Part shown: piece by piece, positions 28,472 through 41,983 of the stretch
How the letters are laid out: every line of letters starts with the position of its first letter
How positions within the stretch are numbered: position 1 is the stretch's first letter
Assembly (NCBI RefSeq): GCF_009834535.1
Contig: NC_045696.1
Location: forward strand, 12,278,001 to 12,342,000
Direction: 5' to 3'
DNA from: Camelus ferus
Taxonomy: Eukaryota
Length of the DNA: 64,000 bases
Notes under the pieces: generated by a model
Seen by the model: only the letters and a program-made list of their open reading frames with translations
The model's database searches: none
What the model was told of the DNA's origin: nothing
Translations under genes and position numbers: made by a program

Positions 28472-28921
28472 GTTTGCAACTTCCTGAGGCTGCTGCAACA
28501 AATTAGGACAAAACTCTTACTTAAGACAACATAAATGTCTTTATTCACAGTTCTGGAGGCCAGAAGTCTGAAATCAGGATGCTGGCAGGACTACACTCCC
28601 TGTAGAAGCTCTAATGGAGAATCCTGCCCTGCCTCTTCCAGCTTCTTGCTATTGTCAGCATTCCTTGGCTTGTGGCCACAGCCTTCTCTGCTCTCTTTGT
28701 ATCTGCTTCTCCCCTATGCATCTGTCTGCTCCTCTGTGTGTCTTTTAAGAACACTTGTCATTGGATTAGGGAATACTCAAAAAATTCAAGATGATCTTCT
28801 TATCTTGAGATCCTGACCTTAATTGCATTTGCAAAGAACTCTTTTACCAAATAACATTCACAGGTTCAGGGAATTCAAAAGTGAACATATCTTTTAATGG
28901 ATCACCATTCAACCCACTATG
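28472..28921 (-). mobile_element. MaLR solo LTR (MLT1C-like)
   Basis: cacagttctggaggccagaagtctgaaatcagg ... attcaacccacta; near full length. Confidence 0.85.
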
Positions 28922-29552
28922 AAGTTTATATCTGAGTGCAAAACCATTTGCTAATAAAGGGCCCAGGCTTGTATATAAATCAATTATCACCACTCATGCA
29001 ATACTTCCTTCAAAGGAGAAAATAAAATTACTAATACAAGTATTAGTTCTTATTAGAATTATGTTAGAATCATACTATAATGCTGCTTGCAGTACAAAGG
29101 AACACTCTAATATATGTTCTTACCCAAAACAAGTGTTACCAAAATAAGAATCCATTCTCCTCTAAAGAACTGAAAGACATTGATCCTGTGAACTCCAGCT
29201 AATGAAGCTTAATAATAATAACAGAAAAATAAAAATAATTAATTTAATTTGCCAAGGACCATAGAAAGTGTTTCACACATGTTTTCTAGTTCATTCCTCA
29301 CAACCGCCCTCAATGTAGAGACATTGATGGGTGCTGATTCTTCCTTGCTTTAATTTTTCTTCCTTTCTAATAAAACCTTCCCTTTTTCCTGATGTTCACT
29401 GTCTTCCAAAGAGCTCGGATTTCATTCATTTAGTTATGATAATCCCACCACCCTTGCAAGTGAGGGAATCAGGAAAGGACATGTAACACAACTATGGCTA
29501 ATTTTTTGTGATAGACTCTGATAAAGGGGTTTCTGGAAGTTTCCTGACACAT

Positions 29553-29925
29553 TATTTTAGTTTGTTAAGGCTGTCATAACAAAGCACCACAAGCTGGGTG
29601 GCTTAAATAACAGAATTCTATTTTCTCACATTCCAAGATCAAGGTGTCAGCTGGGTTGATTTCCTCTGAGGCTTCTCCTCTTGGCTTGTAGGTGTCCGTC
29701 TTCTCCTCCTTGTGTCTTCACGTGGTCTTCTCTCTGTGTCTGTGTCCTACTCTCCTCTCCTTATGAGGACACCATCCATGTTGGATTATGTCCCACCTCA
29801 GTGACCACATTTAACCTTAATTGCTTCTTTAAAGAGCCTATCTCTAAATAAAGCTACACTGTGAGGTTGTAGGGATTAGGAGTTCAACATATGAATTTTA
29901 GGGAGACACCATTTAGCCCATAACA
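29553..29925 (-). mobile_element. MaLR solo LTR (MLT1B-like) inserted into an older ERVL-type LTR remnant (~29325-29965)
   Basis: ggctgtcataacaaagcaccacaagctgggtggcttaaataacag ... ttagcccataaca; imperfect 5-bp TSD cacat/cacct. Confidence 0.85.
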
Positions 29926-29985
29926 CACCTGAAAAGAGAAACCCAGAAAAAGATCTTCTCTACTTAATTATTATAAGGTTGTTAA

Positions 29986-30153
29986 ACTGTATAGCACAGG
30001 GAACCATAATCAATGCCTTGTGGTAACCTATGGTGAAAAAGAATACGAAAACGAATATATGTATGTTCCTATATGACTGAAGTGTTGTGCTGTATACCAG
30101 AAGTTGACACAACATTGTAAACTGACTATACTTCAATAAAAATATATAATAAG
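29986..30153 (+). mobile_element. LINE-1 terminal 3' UTR fragment with A-rich tail
   Basis: actgtatagcacaggg ... gacacaacattgtaaactgactatacttcaataaaa; matches the 3' ends of other L1 copies in this window. Confidence 0.9.
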
Positions 30154-30301
30154 AAAAGGACATGAAAAAACATTAACAAGACTTTATGATGATAGGACAA
30201 GGGGGCATCTGTGGGCATGGGGAGTCAATGAGTTTATTCCAGAAAAGTGAACAAAGGACATGTGTTACAAACGTGTAAAGAAAGTTTTGGAAGAAGACAA
30301 G

Positions 30302-30430
30302 CCCTTTTCTCCACACCCTCTCCAGCATTTATCATTTGTGGACTTTTGAAGGATGGCCATTCTGACTGGTGCAAAGTGAAACCTCATTGTAGTTTTGATT
30401 TGACTTTCTCTGATAATTAGTGATATTGAG
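30302..30430 (-). mobile_element. LINE-1 ORF2 C-terminal fragment
   Basis: cccttttctccacaccctctccagcatttatcatttgtggac...tgataattagtgatattgag; homologous to about 56992-57118. Confidence 0.9.
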
Positions 30431-30958
30431 TTTCATGTCCTTTTAAAAAAAAAAAATTCTTTAATCTACCTCCTGGCTTTCCTTTTCTGAAATGGAATAA
30501 CAGAAATAAACATGGAAAGCCTATTTCTCAGGCTTTAAAGAACACATTCCTAATAATTAGAATTACAAATTTCTTTCCTTTTTATTGTATCCAAATCCTT
30601 CAGGTTAATACTATGTTGACTCCAATCAGGAATGTCTCATAGTGTGAAGTCAGCGTCAACATCAATTTCCACCTGGTACCAGGAAGGACAGCACCTAACT
30701 CAGGTGTGATGGATGAATAACAGCTGACTGAGCAGCAATCACTTGGTCCACACCACAGTGAAGCAATGTGTTAAGGGATCCTACTCTAGTGGAAGGATTC
30801 TGGAATCTAGATGACTCACTCAGCACGTAGCTTCTCTGCCTGACTTTCTAAAGATGTGTGCCTTGTTCTATTTTCTAATTTACTTTAATCCAATTTTGTT
30901 GGAGGGAACATATTTCCCCAGTGGCATTTTACTTTGCAGTTGACCGTGGCATGACTAC

Positions 30959-31445
30959 TGTGGGAGATTGTGTTGTTGACCCCAATGAATGGCCTCTATC
31001 TACACCCATTGCAATGTGACTTTGCAGTTCCTCCCATCAAAACCTGGTGTCTATTTCCCTTGTACTTAAAACAGGACTGGCCTTGTAACTTGCTTTCACC
31101 AATAAATGTCATGTGGTAAATGTGACAGTGGGTCACTTCTGAGCCAGACCTCAAAAGGCTTTATATACTTTCATTCTCTTGGGATACCATCAAGCCTGCT
31201 GGAGGATGAGACCACATGGAGCAGAGAACAGCCATGTCAGCTACAGACATCTTCAACCAACCAACCCCCATCCACCCCGCCATATTACTGCAGATGCATG
31301 AGTGAGCCCAGCCAAGATCAGCTGAGCTTGGCCCAACTCAGCAGAACCACCCAGCCGATCCTAAAATTATGTGCAAAGATACGTGTTCATTTTTACATAT
31401 CATTGCAGTCTTGGGGTTCTTTATTATACACACTAGTATAGTGTA
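30959..31445 (+). mobile_element. MaLR solo LTR (MLT1F/G-like)
   Basis: tgtgggagattg ... gcaatgtgactttgcagttcctcccatcaa ... tgcatgagtgagcccagccaagatcag. Confidence 0.8.
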
Positions 31446-31878
31446 AATAACTGCTACAGGCCCATTTCTAACAACTGATTCTTGACTTGCAAATGAATAA
31501 TAACAGCCAGTGAAGCTCAAGTGTAAGACTAGTTAATTGCCAGTTTTCACAGATTTACCTCACTGGCTGTATCCACTCTACTTCCTAGCCTGGTAACTCT
31601 GCCAGGCTGCATTCTGTCACAGACCTGATCCATGAAAGCTTGTGCTGTTACCAAGCGAAGCTTTGATCTGAAGGGTATGTTCTTTAGCAACAGGAATGAG
31701 AATAATCACTGTTCCAGTAGCAGCACAACAACTGGTTGGAAGATGAAAGCTTTACTCACAAGTTAAAATAAGCAGCTACCTCTCCTCACTTTTTTCATGG
31801 AGGCCAAAAATCCAAGGGGCTGGATTGTCCAGCTTTGAAAATTGCTCACTAAAAACAGAGGCTTCAGAGAGATAAGAC

Positions 31879-31921
31879 TAAATAAATAAATAATAAATAA
31901 ATAATAAATAATAAATAAAAA
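31879..31921. repeat. (AAAT/AAT)n microsatellite
   Basis: Visible directly in the sequence. Confidence 0.9.
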
Positions 31922-34467
31922 TCAAAGCGAAAGAAGAACCTCTTTCATTTGGGATGAATGCAAGTTAACTGCCTCTGAGTCTTGTAAACAAAAGGCCAGT
32001 CTGCTTAAGTAAATTATACAGGTCACTTGGATAAAAGCAGGGCCAGCAAGGGCTGAGCTGAGGGGAGTGTGAGGGAAATTCAGGGAGTCTTCCTTCCTGG
32101 CAACTTGATGAAGGATTTCTGACATAACAGCAGCGTGTGCTAGTGCTGGCTTCCTGGGAAATTAGAGTCGGTGAAGAAGAGAACAAAAGGTGTAGAGGCG
32201 GAAGACATGATCTAAAAAGGAAGAGTGATGTACAAAAAGGATGATGGGTTAAAATGGAAAGTCAGGAGACCTCATCCCATTATCTGAAAGTAAACACACT
32301 AAAATGAATAAACCACTCAAAATTAGATTTTCTTATACAGTTGAGGGCAAATACTGCCTAAATATATCGGATACACTAAGATCAGAATGTACACAAAAAG
32401 TTTAGCCATTTAGGGAAGGAGTCATCGAAGAGTAGATCAGTTTAGTAAACTGTAAACTCTTCTACTGGCCTCTGGGCTATGGGAAGATTACAGTCATGAG
32501 ACTCTTACAGCTTTCTGACATCATCAAGGCTCACAGGTGACCCCCACTTTGACACACCAGACTGATGCTCAGTACACAAGCCAGCTCACTCTGAGTTGCT
32601 GGAGTCCTGTCACCGCAGGGAGTATCTGTTGCTATTTCGGAGTCCTCTCTGCCATCAGCTAAAGATGGAACACAATCCAGCCAGCTCATTCTCTTGTTGT
32701 CTGCCTTAAAAACTGGGCCATGAGTTAGATGCCTGAATAGAGAACCACTTCTCAACTTCAGGAAGCTTTGTAAACTAAGACAGTAAAGGACTTGACATAG
32801 TATCTCTAAATACAGTTCATCAAAGTTATAAAATCTAAGATATAAATTCAAGATCTGATATTTTATTTAAAAGATATATGGCGATAGTCCTATACCATGA
32901 TCAATTTCATTTACTTCATCTTTTTCCCTTTCCATGGTGAATAATTCTTGTATTCAGTGTGGACTTTTTTCCAGTTAAAAATACTTATTTATTTTAAATT
33001 TTACTATAAAACTGTAAAAAATAGAGCATAATATTTCATGTAAATAGGGGCATGTTTAGATCTATCACAAAGCTAAAATCATAATTTTTTGAGAAAATTT
33101 ATAATTGGGTCTTATAAGATCCATTTTAAGTATGAATCTTTTCTTACTGACATTGCATAACTAATTCTGAGATCAGACTTTGTATTTTTATTAATTTTGT
33201 GCAAATTATCTAGTTATGTAAGGAATTTTTAAAAAACCTTTTTTATCCAGAGTATTTCTGTATCCTCTTTAAGAATTTATTATTGTCTCTTTGGATAAGA
33301 ACATATCTATGACTATGGAAGTTAAAACAAAAAAATTTTAGATTGTTTTTTCCCTTCTTGAGCAAAAACATTTTTTTTTCTATTTTAAATAGTGTCCTTG
33401 TCTGTATGGAGCCCTTCTGTTTCTTACTTGACAAGAGAATTCAGCTGCTAGACACTAAAGAAGAAACTAAAATTTTACTCCAATATTTTGTTCCTGAGTT
33501 GATTCAGATAATCAGTCACACATACTTCCAAAAGCAGGCACTAAGTTTTCCCATATACAGCAATGAGGTGTCATTTTAGAATCCTATCAAATTTTAAAAT
33601 TGCCTGAGGCTACACTAAAGGATATATATGTGACGGGCTATGTAATGAGCTTCCTTCTCCTTTTGCAGTATAAGTGTAAACACTCTGAAAAGGAGAACAC
33701 TGACACATGGCATTAAATAGAAACATCCCAGGCAATTCAGGTTTCTGTGGGGTCCTCCTTTAAGCCAAAAACCTTTCATCAAGGCAGTGGACTGGGTAGG
33801 AACATGTTTCACTTAATACCTTGGTGGTTAATACTATGTCCTAATAAAATTCTCCAAAATTATTTCTCCAAAATTAAGTCATCTAAATAAGAGAGGAAAA
33901 GCTGTGTTGCAAGTGACTATTACATCATTCATTTCTCTATTGTTAGATAAGTATTTCTGGATCTCACTTATAGAATGATAGACTGTGCAAATGATAAAAT
34001 GATACAAATGTACAAATTTAATAGATGGAATAAATGAATTTTTGCAAGATAATAAGTCCAGTTCAATTGATATATTAAACATAGTGAACATTCATATTTG
34101 AGTGCATGATTATATGGAAAATGAGAGATTGGATCATTTTTTAAGCTCAGGAAACAATAAAGAGAAGCTAATATTAAAAAGAAATATTTATCTAAATTAT
34201 CTCAAATGGATTAAAATTACACTATTTAGGCCACATCTTCTATTTCAATTTGTCTATGTTTAAAAAGAGAAAGAAAGCTAAATGTGACATTCAAAATTTC
34301 AAATAAAAAATATTTGGAATTTCCTAGGGAGTGATATACTTTTCTAAAAGCCTGAATAGTTCTTGCTTATGTAATCAAGCAATAAGAGAAAATCTTAACC
34401 ATCTCTATTCAGCTTTAAGATTAAAAGTCTGATTGTGTGACTGTTTGGTTAGTGAAATAGGCAGATA

Positions 34468-34556
34468 ATGGATGGATGGATGGATGGATGTTTGGATGGA
34501 TGGATGGATGGATGGATGTTTGGATGGTAGGATGGATGGATGGATGGATAGATAGA
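34468..34556. repeat. Interrupted (GGAT)n microsatellite ending in (GATA)n
   Basis: Visible directly in the sequence. Confidence 0.95.
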
Positions 34557-36895
34557 TCACATTAAAGTAAAACTTGGCAAATAACCCAAATTCAGTTTCT
34601 GCAAATCAATAAATTATATGACACATGTCTTCAAAATAGAATTTGGGTTTATTTGACCCATTTATGAACATTCTAGAGTCCTCAATTTAATGGTTCAATC
34701 TCGATGTTTCTTGTCTTCTTGAGGCTGATCAACCAAAGTGTGAGTTTATTTCTATTGTTTAGTCAAGAATAACTGATCTGAGACCCTTGAGATCTCCCTC
34801 ATCTGCCCTCTAAATGCACATACAAATGGTTATAAGTGAAGAATGAGACCAGGAGTCCCTTCCTCTTGCTTTTCTCTTAGCTTAGAGAGGCAAGGAAACT
34901 CCCACTCAAACTTTGAGCTTTTGCTTTCTTAGTCCCATGGGTGAGAGGTTGTTAATCAGATTATAAGAGCCAGGACATTCACTGGACCCTGTTCAACTGG
35001 GAGGGAAGCGGTGTCAGGTTTGGAGGTAGTTGTCTTAAAGGGGGGAGCCTCTCAGACTTCACTTTCTGCCTTTTGAGTCTCTAAAAAGATCAGTCACTTT
35101 ACCCACCAATCCCAGTGGGAGGACGCCTAAATATTCTCCTCCAACTCCTTATACTGTATCTCCCTTCCATATGGCTTAGAAAATATTTCTTGCATTTCTG
35201 GTCAGGCTAGAACATCTCTCCTGGGCTCCTAGCTATCTATGCCATCGGACACACTGGTGCTATCCAATGCACAATTAACAACATCATCCACAAGTGGCCA
35301 CCATGTTATTTTTGATGAAAATTTCCACAGATGCTAAACAATATCTATAGATATAGATATTGATTTAATTTTTTCACCTGCATATATCCTGTAAAATTTT
35401 AGATCTCTCAAATTACATATCGTTACTTTTTATCATAGCATCTACTATGTATCTTGGAATAGATGTTGGGAATATGAGGTGCGATTTGGTTCACATTTCC
35501 TAACTCACCCTGCCTTCCCTACAAATTCTCAATCGAGTATTGGAATCTGTATCATAAGGCCCTATGCTAGGCTTTCTATGCACCTGCTTCCTAATTAAGA
35601 ATAGCTCAGCTGCAGAGGAGACCAACCCTGGGAATACTCACAGCCTCTGAGAAAAGAGAATAGTACAGAGAGGGTGAGCAAGGCGATCAGACTGACCCCA
35701 AAAGAGCCCTACCTGGCCTATCTTTTTTCTAGATGACAATCACAACCACAGTTTGCTAAAGTAATATTCAAAAAATATGACTCTAAACATCCAAGTTGCC
35801 TGTCAAAACAATGTGTATCTGAGCTGGTCATTGAGGTTATTTTGTCAAGTCATTGTTAGTTAATGATGAAAAGAGTTCTCATTTTTAGACAAATCTTCAC
35901 TTACTGAGTATTGTATATATGTATATGTATGATTTGCATGGTAGAGAATATCATGAGTAATTCAACTTTTGTGAAGAAAAATGCCAAGTCATTTTCAATA
36001 TCAGCAAATTTTTTTGCAGGTTAGAACTACCTCTGAATAAATTACTAAAAACAGCTAATTTTTCAGAGACAAACACTTTTTCTGGAATAACTGTGTTGGA
36101 AGACCAGAATGCCATCTTTTAGAAGAGGTTTGTATTTCAGCAGAGTATTAAAGTTCTTGTTTAAGACATATTCTTGTAGCAGACCATGTTTGGCTATAAC
36201 TTAGATAACACTATTGTTCAGGCTATCTAAATAAACAGCTCATAACAAAAGGATGAAGTTAGGGTACAGAAATATGCAGAAAAGCACAAGCCAATGGGAA
36301 AGTGAAAATAGTCATTGAGGACTTCAAGAATATTTTTTCTGAACACAAAAAATGTTGGACAGAAACACATCCATTTTTCTTTCTTAAATAGAAAAGGAGT
36401 ATCTGTTTTATGTTATTTTTCTCTCAACATGCATTTCATAAATTCTGTAATGGCTCTGGTATGAGAATCATCTGTACATAAATTAAAATAAATTTAAATT
36501 AAATTTTTCAAAAACAAGACAATCATTTTTTGAACTGCATCCTGATTTATATGGTAGTTATTATTTTTCCAGGAAAATTACTAAGATGTTTAATTCTGAA
36601 AATAGCGATAAGCAAATGAGATCAATAAATCAAGTATGCATCAGGATTTTCTGTGGTGTAGTAGACTTTACATGGGTGTGGTGCACTGGAGGGGTGGAAT
36701 TACAGAATATTTAAAAAAGGCCAACTACCCACAAGTAACTATCATGGTTTAATTCAGACAAAAAGAAATAAGCATGAGAAAAGTGATGCCTAGCTCAAGA
36801 TAAAGGGAACAAGGAATCCCAAGGATGACACCCAAATGGGGTTTCTTCATTTTCAAAATGGAAAAGTTCATTCTAGATTTTCCTCTTTAGATGGT

Positions 36896-37147
36896 CATAT
36901 TGGTTTCCTACCACTGCTATAATAAATCAACACAAGCAATGGCTTATAGCAACATGGATTTATCATCTTGTAGTTCTGGAGGTTAGAGATCCAAAATAGG
37001 TTTCACTGGAATTAAATCAAGATGTCAGTAGGGCTGGTTTCTTCTGAAGGTTCAAGTGAGCATCTGTTCCCTTTCTTTATCCAGATTCTGGAAGTTATCT
37101 GCATACCTTGTATCATAGTCCCTTCCTCCATCTTTAAAACCAGCAGC
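36896..37147 (-). mobile_element. MaLR LTR fragment (MLT1C/D-like)
   Basis: tttatcatcttgtagttctggaggttagagatccaaaatagg ... ccttcctccatctttaaaaccagca. Confidence 0.75.
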
Positions 37148-37640
37148 CTGATAATAAAACAGTCTACACATAGATTAAGTGAAGAATGAAAATCCCTACG
37201 GAAGTGGTAGTTCTCATCAAAGCTTGACCCCTCAGGTGAAATAGAAGATTTAATATAAGCACACAAGACATTTTAAAAGTGGATTCGGTCAAAAATTATA
37301 TGGTTTTAAGAAATTATTTTGCACTATGGGTGAGAGGAATCCCCAAGTAATTTCTGACTCCAGTGTAGGAATTTTGGATTTTATCTGAAGATGGATAACT
37401 ATGGCACACATTTAAACAGATGGAAACTCTCCAGAAGAAATAAAATTAGAAATATGTGTTTCCCTTATTACCACAAGAAGAAGTTAAGTAACTTCTGCTC
37501 TAAACAGAAGCCCTGATAATTCCTTCTTTAAACATGATAATAGTCTGTAGCAACAATGCATTAATGTAATATCTGAATGCATGGGTAGGGATATTTTACT
37601 CTAAACTTGGGTAAACCACATAGGTAAAGGTGGGTCCCTC

Positions 37641-38145
37641 TATTAGTGTCCTGTTGCTGCATAACTAACAAATTGCCCCAAGATTTAGTGGCTGAAATCA
37701 ACAAATATTTATCATTTCAATCTCTATGGGTCAAAAATTTGGAAGCAACTTAGCTAAGTGATCTCTCAAGTCTGCAATCAAGGTGGTGATTGAAGCTGCA
37801 GTCATCTCCAGACTCAACTGAAGGAGAATCCACTTCCAGGCTCACTCACATAGCAGTTGAAGGGACTCAGGATACTTGTTTTTGAGTTCTTTCTCAGTTT
37901 CTCATGGGCACTGACTTCATCCAGAGTGAGCTATCCAACAGGCAACAAGAGAGCTTCCAAAGGGGGAAGATAAGGTCCTTTATAACCTACTTTCATAAGT
38001 GACCTCCATCACTTCTGTCATTTTCTATTTATTAGTAGCAAAACAACATATCCCAGCCTATATTCAGTGAGTGGGAATTACACAAGGGTATACATACTAT
38101 GACAGTGGAGAATGTTGGGGACCATCTTAGGGGCTACGTACCATA
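37641..38145 (-). mobile_element. MaLR solo LTR (MLT1F-like)
   Basis: gttgctgcataac...ttagtggctgaaatcaacaaatatttatc ... ggagaatccacttccaggctcactcac ... ccatcttaggggctacgtaccata. Confidence 0.8.
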
Positions 38146-38243
38146 ATCTCCTTGAAGATATCTCTTTCTAAGTTCATCTTGCTAAGTGCAAAGATTTTGG
38201 TAATTGGTTAAGAGCTAATTTTTTAAAGATTAATGTTTGTGTC

Positions 38244-38995
38244 TGTCATAGATAAACAGCCAGGCATTAGTTAAAGTGATAAGGATGGATTTTAATTCAT
38301 AATATACTATTGCAATAGGGAAGGGGGTTCAGTGTGAACTGAACTTAACTTCAATATGTACACAGGTGACCAGGTATTTTGAACAGAGAATGAGGGAGTA
38401 GGGAGGGCGTGAGAGGGGTGCTCAGTAGAGTAAAGGAAGTGAAAACTTACAAACTATGGATCAATGTGAATGCCAATTAGGCCAACTATTTCTGATAGAT
38501 GGTCATTATCAAGGTTAAGTTTCTACTTTCCTACAGATACTGGAAAACATAGGCCCTATTCTCCCTGAAGACTATGGTTTAAATGAATGGCTTCCATTTC
38601 CTTGAGAAGGACACTGTCTTGAATTACAAGAGATGCACATACATCTCAAAGGGACAGAGGAAGAACTCACAACTATAAACCTCTTTTAGTAAATACTCTA
38701 AGGTTGGTCAGGGGCCTACGATCGGGTGTTGGCTAGAACAAATAGTCAATGATTTTTGTGTCCTTGGGCTTCCTAAGGCAGGCACTTTAAAGGGGACTAG
38801 GTTCCTCCTAGGGATTTGATCTTGAGCTTTTAGAAACTATGTTAGTGTTTCTTTAAGTCTTTCAGTGTTGGGTAGCAGGTGGATGAAATAATTTATTTTC
38901 AGTGTGTAGTTTTTATAGACCAAGATTAAGGCCTAGTCAAGAAGAGGGCTCAGAGGAGACTGGCTAGAGTTTGGTCAAGGAGAGAATCTTTGTCC
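38244..38995 (-). mobile_element. ERV1 solo LTR (MER67/MER31-like)
   Basis: The minus strand begins gacaaagattctctccttgaccaaactctagccag, as I recall MER67-type LTR starts. 4-bp TSD tgtc at 38240-38243 and 38996-38999. Confidence 0.75.
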
Positions 38996-39969
38996 TGTCC
39001 ATATAATGAGACTTTAAACACATTCATTCTTCATGGAGACCCAGTTACCAAGCTCATTAATATACAAATCTAGTGGTACCTGAATCATAGTGGTGAAAAC
39101 AAAATCCTTCTATGCTACTCAGTTCTCCTTCGACGGCTGGAATCCACCAGCTAATCTATCAGCTTCTTGCTCACTCTTGGATTTGTTGATCAGGAGCTTC
39201 TGTGACTCTCGGTACCCCAAAACGTAGAATCAATTCATCTGCCGATTTGGCCAGGAGTAGGAGCCAGCTGGCTAAGCTCACTATTCTCTGGACCAGGGAG
39301 AACCCAGAGCATAGTCTCTCCAAGACAGCCAGCCAGGCCCCAACAAACCAGCCAGAAATCTCTGAAAATTTCCAGAGCTGGCCAGCTAGGCTGGACATCT
39401 GAGTTCCAGAGCCAGGGACCCTCAAGCTACATTCCAAACCCACAAGGCCAACTCCCACTCTGAGATGGAACTCTAATTTTCCATTTTTGGTCTTCTTCTG
39501 ATATCTTTGAAAGATCAAGACTGACCGGTTGTAACAGGATTAGAATTAGATTTTGTGTTGTTCAAACTTTTCTAGCGTATATAGTTCAATGCATTTTTCA
39601 AACCAGATTTTTTTTTTATTAAAAACAGTCTAGCAAGATTCTGGATCTTCCAGCATTTAGTTCCATACAACTGAGTAAGAACACATGTGGGAAAAAACCG
39701 ATTTAGAAAATAGTTGAAGAACTATGTGATAGAATGAGATGTGGTGGCAGCAGCATTACTATTTCTATTATTTGTTGTTGATATTTCTAATATTTCCCAT
39801 GACATATTACATCACAAAAAGCTGAGTATATTTTAGTTTTTCTTTTTTCTTTTTCTTTTCTTTAATTTTTAAGCTTTTGAGTGCTTACAATAAGCAGTCA
39901 TTTTGGAAAAGTTAAGTTTTTTATATAAGCTTTGGGACAAAATGATGATGAAGTGTAGTAATGTTATTG

Positions 39970-40150
39970 GTGAGGCAATATGTCTTAAAGATCACGTGAG
40001 ACCTGTTTCCAGGTGTCCCTGAGCATCAATTTACTTATTTTTGAATTCATACTAACCTTACACAGGATTGTAAGAAAGAAATGAAATCCCTTTCATGAAA
40101 CTCCTAGCATAAGATCTGTTATATAACAAATACAAAATTAATACCTGTTT
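39970..40150 (+). mobile_element. MIR SINE (degenerate)
   Basis: ctaaccttacacaggattgtaagaaagaaatgaaat ... gaaactcctagcat. Confidence 0.45.
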
Positions 40151-40829
40151 CTCTTGTTGGAAATGTTATTAATTTTTCCTCCTAGATGTTTCTTTAGAAG
40201 AAATATAGGGGAAACTTTTAGATATTTCATGTCTTAATCTTCAAACTATTATCCTATGACAACTTTGCAATACTGAATGCAAATTTAATCCTTTTGGGTA
40301 GATTGGTGGAGGGTGAGTCGTTTCTCTTTGTCCCTTTTTTCAGTGGATGATTTGGTCTAAGATAAAGAATTTTTAATTGAGTGTCTCCTATAGAAATTAG
40401 CAGGAAAAAATTCATTTATGTCTTTAATATGATGAGGATTACTCTCTCCTTTGTGAGAGATCTGAAATGCTTATTCTTTACAAGATGTCATTAATCCTCT
40501 TTATTCTTCTATGTCCTGGAACTGACTTATATTAGCAGAATCCCCAAAGATGACGAAGCGAAGAGGAAACTGTCCAATCAATTAAATACATTGAACATTT
40601 GCTATGTGCAGGTCATTGCCTTAAATTGAGTGAGTGATACACTTCAAATAAAAAGAGAAGAGGGAGAAAAATAATTTAGGGAGCTGAGCAGTAGTTCAGA
40701 AGAGGAAATGCCAAATACACATTCAGGAACTGAGATTAGATGATTTGGGCTGAAACACATGGTTTATGTATAAAAGAAAATGACAACATGCTTTCTCATT
40801 TAGCTATCAACTCTGTTCTCTCTTTGGCC

Positions 40830-41765
40830 ATTCATTGCCAGGCAAAAGCTCTGCCAGATTTCTCAAATGGATTTTCTACGCCCATTACATCTATTTCCTC
40901 TCCACCTACTTCCCCCTTCACCCCCTGTGGTTTGCTTTCCATTTCCAACAACGTGCTAAGTTTGTGCTTATAAAGGTCACCAACGACTTGATTATTGCCA
41001 TATCAGGTGACCTCCTGGTTTCTATTCTACAGGACTCCTTCAATGTATTTGACATTTTCTCATAATGGTCTTTTACCTTGGCTTTTATGACACAGACTTA
41101 ACAGTCTTTTCTCTTGCCTTCTCTCTGCTTTCTGACTATTCCTAGCTATTTTTCCTGGCTTTCTTCTTCAGCAATGTCTGTGCATATTACCTAAATCGAA
41201 ATGTCTGTCCCTTGGATCTTTTCCCCACATAGTGTTCTGCCTTAGTTTGCAGAACTATATCTTACCAAATATTGCTTTTATGCTGCTCAATCCTAAAATC
41301 CTTCTGTGGTTCATCTCCACATTGATGTACTGCATCCTCATTAGCCCTTCATGCAGTAGCCCTACTATCTCTTCCATTGTCGTAATCTGACAGTATTCTC
41401 ACACTTATCTGCTGCTCCCAACCTTCTGTCCTATATACAGTTATCAAAATAAATAAATATATGCTAAGTAATCCGTATTTTCTCATGTCACACAGATTTT
41501 GTGTGTGTGTACTTCTCTCCACTTGGAATGACCTTCTTCATCCTGCGCAGCTCTTTACATCTGCTAGTTGTTTAAGACTCAGCTCAAATTTCTTAATATG
41601 TACATATTCCTACATCCCCTATATTTGAAGACTAGTGCTCCTCTTTCCTCTACATTAAGAATTGATTTTGGAGACTCAATCTCCCCTTACAGGTTGTGGA
41701 TACTTTAAAAAGACAGTCTTTGTCTCCAATGTCCAGGCATAATTTCTAACCTACCATACACAATC
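40830..41765 (+). mobile_element. LINE-2 fragments
   Basis: Pyrimidine-rich L2 motifs: aaggtcaccaacgacttgattattgcc; cttggaatgaccttcttcatcc; tttaagactcagctcaaat. Confidence 0.65.
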
Positions 41766-41811
41766 AAAATTTCATTGTTACATTGAGATAGGTTCCCTTA
41801 TAACAACTGTG

Positions 41812-41983
41812 TTGAGAGTTTTCATCATAAATGAATATTGAATTTTATTAAATTTTTTTCTGCATCTATTGAGATGATCATACGGTCTTTATCCTTTATC
41901 TTGTCAATATGGTATATCACATTGGTTGATTTGCATATGTTGAACCATCCTTGCATCCCCAGAATAAATCCCATTTGATCATG
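41812..41983 (-). mobile_element. Isolated internal LINE-1 ORF2 reverse-transcriptase fragment
   Basis: Translates [43 protein letters not shown], matching the L1 RT DQVGFIPGMQGWFN...[11 protein letters not shown] region. Confidence 0.92.

Noticed and set aside
39171..39518. 115-aa minus-strand ORF
   Set aside because: Non-ATG start, no recognisable domain, and a length within chance expectation for a GC-richer patch.
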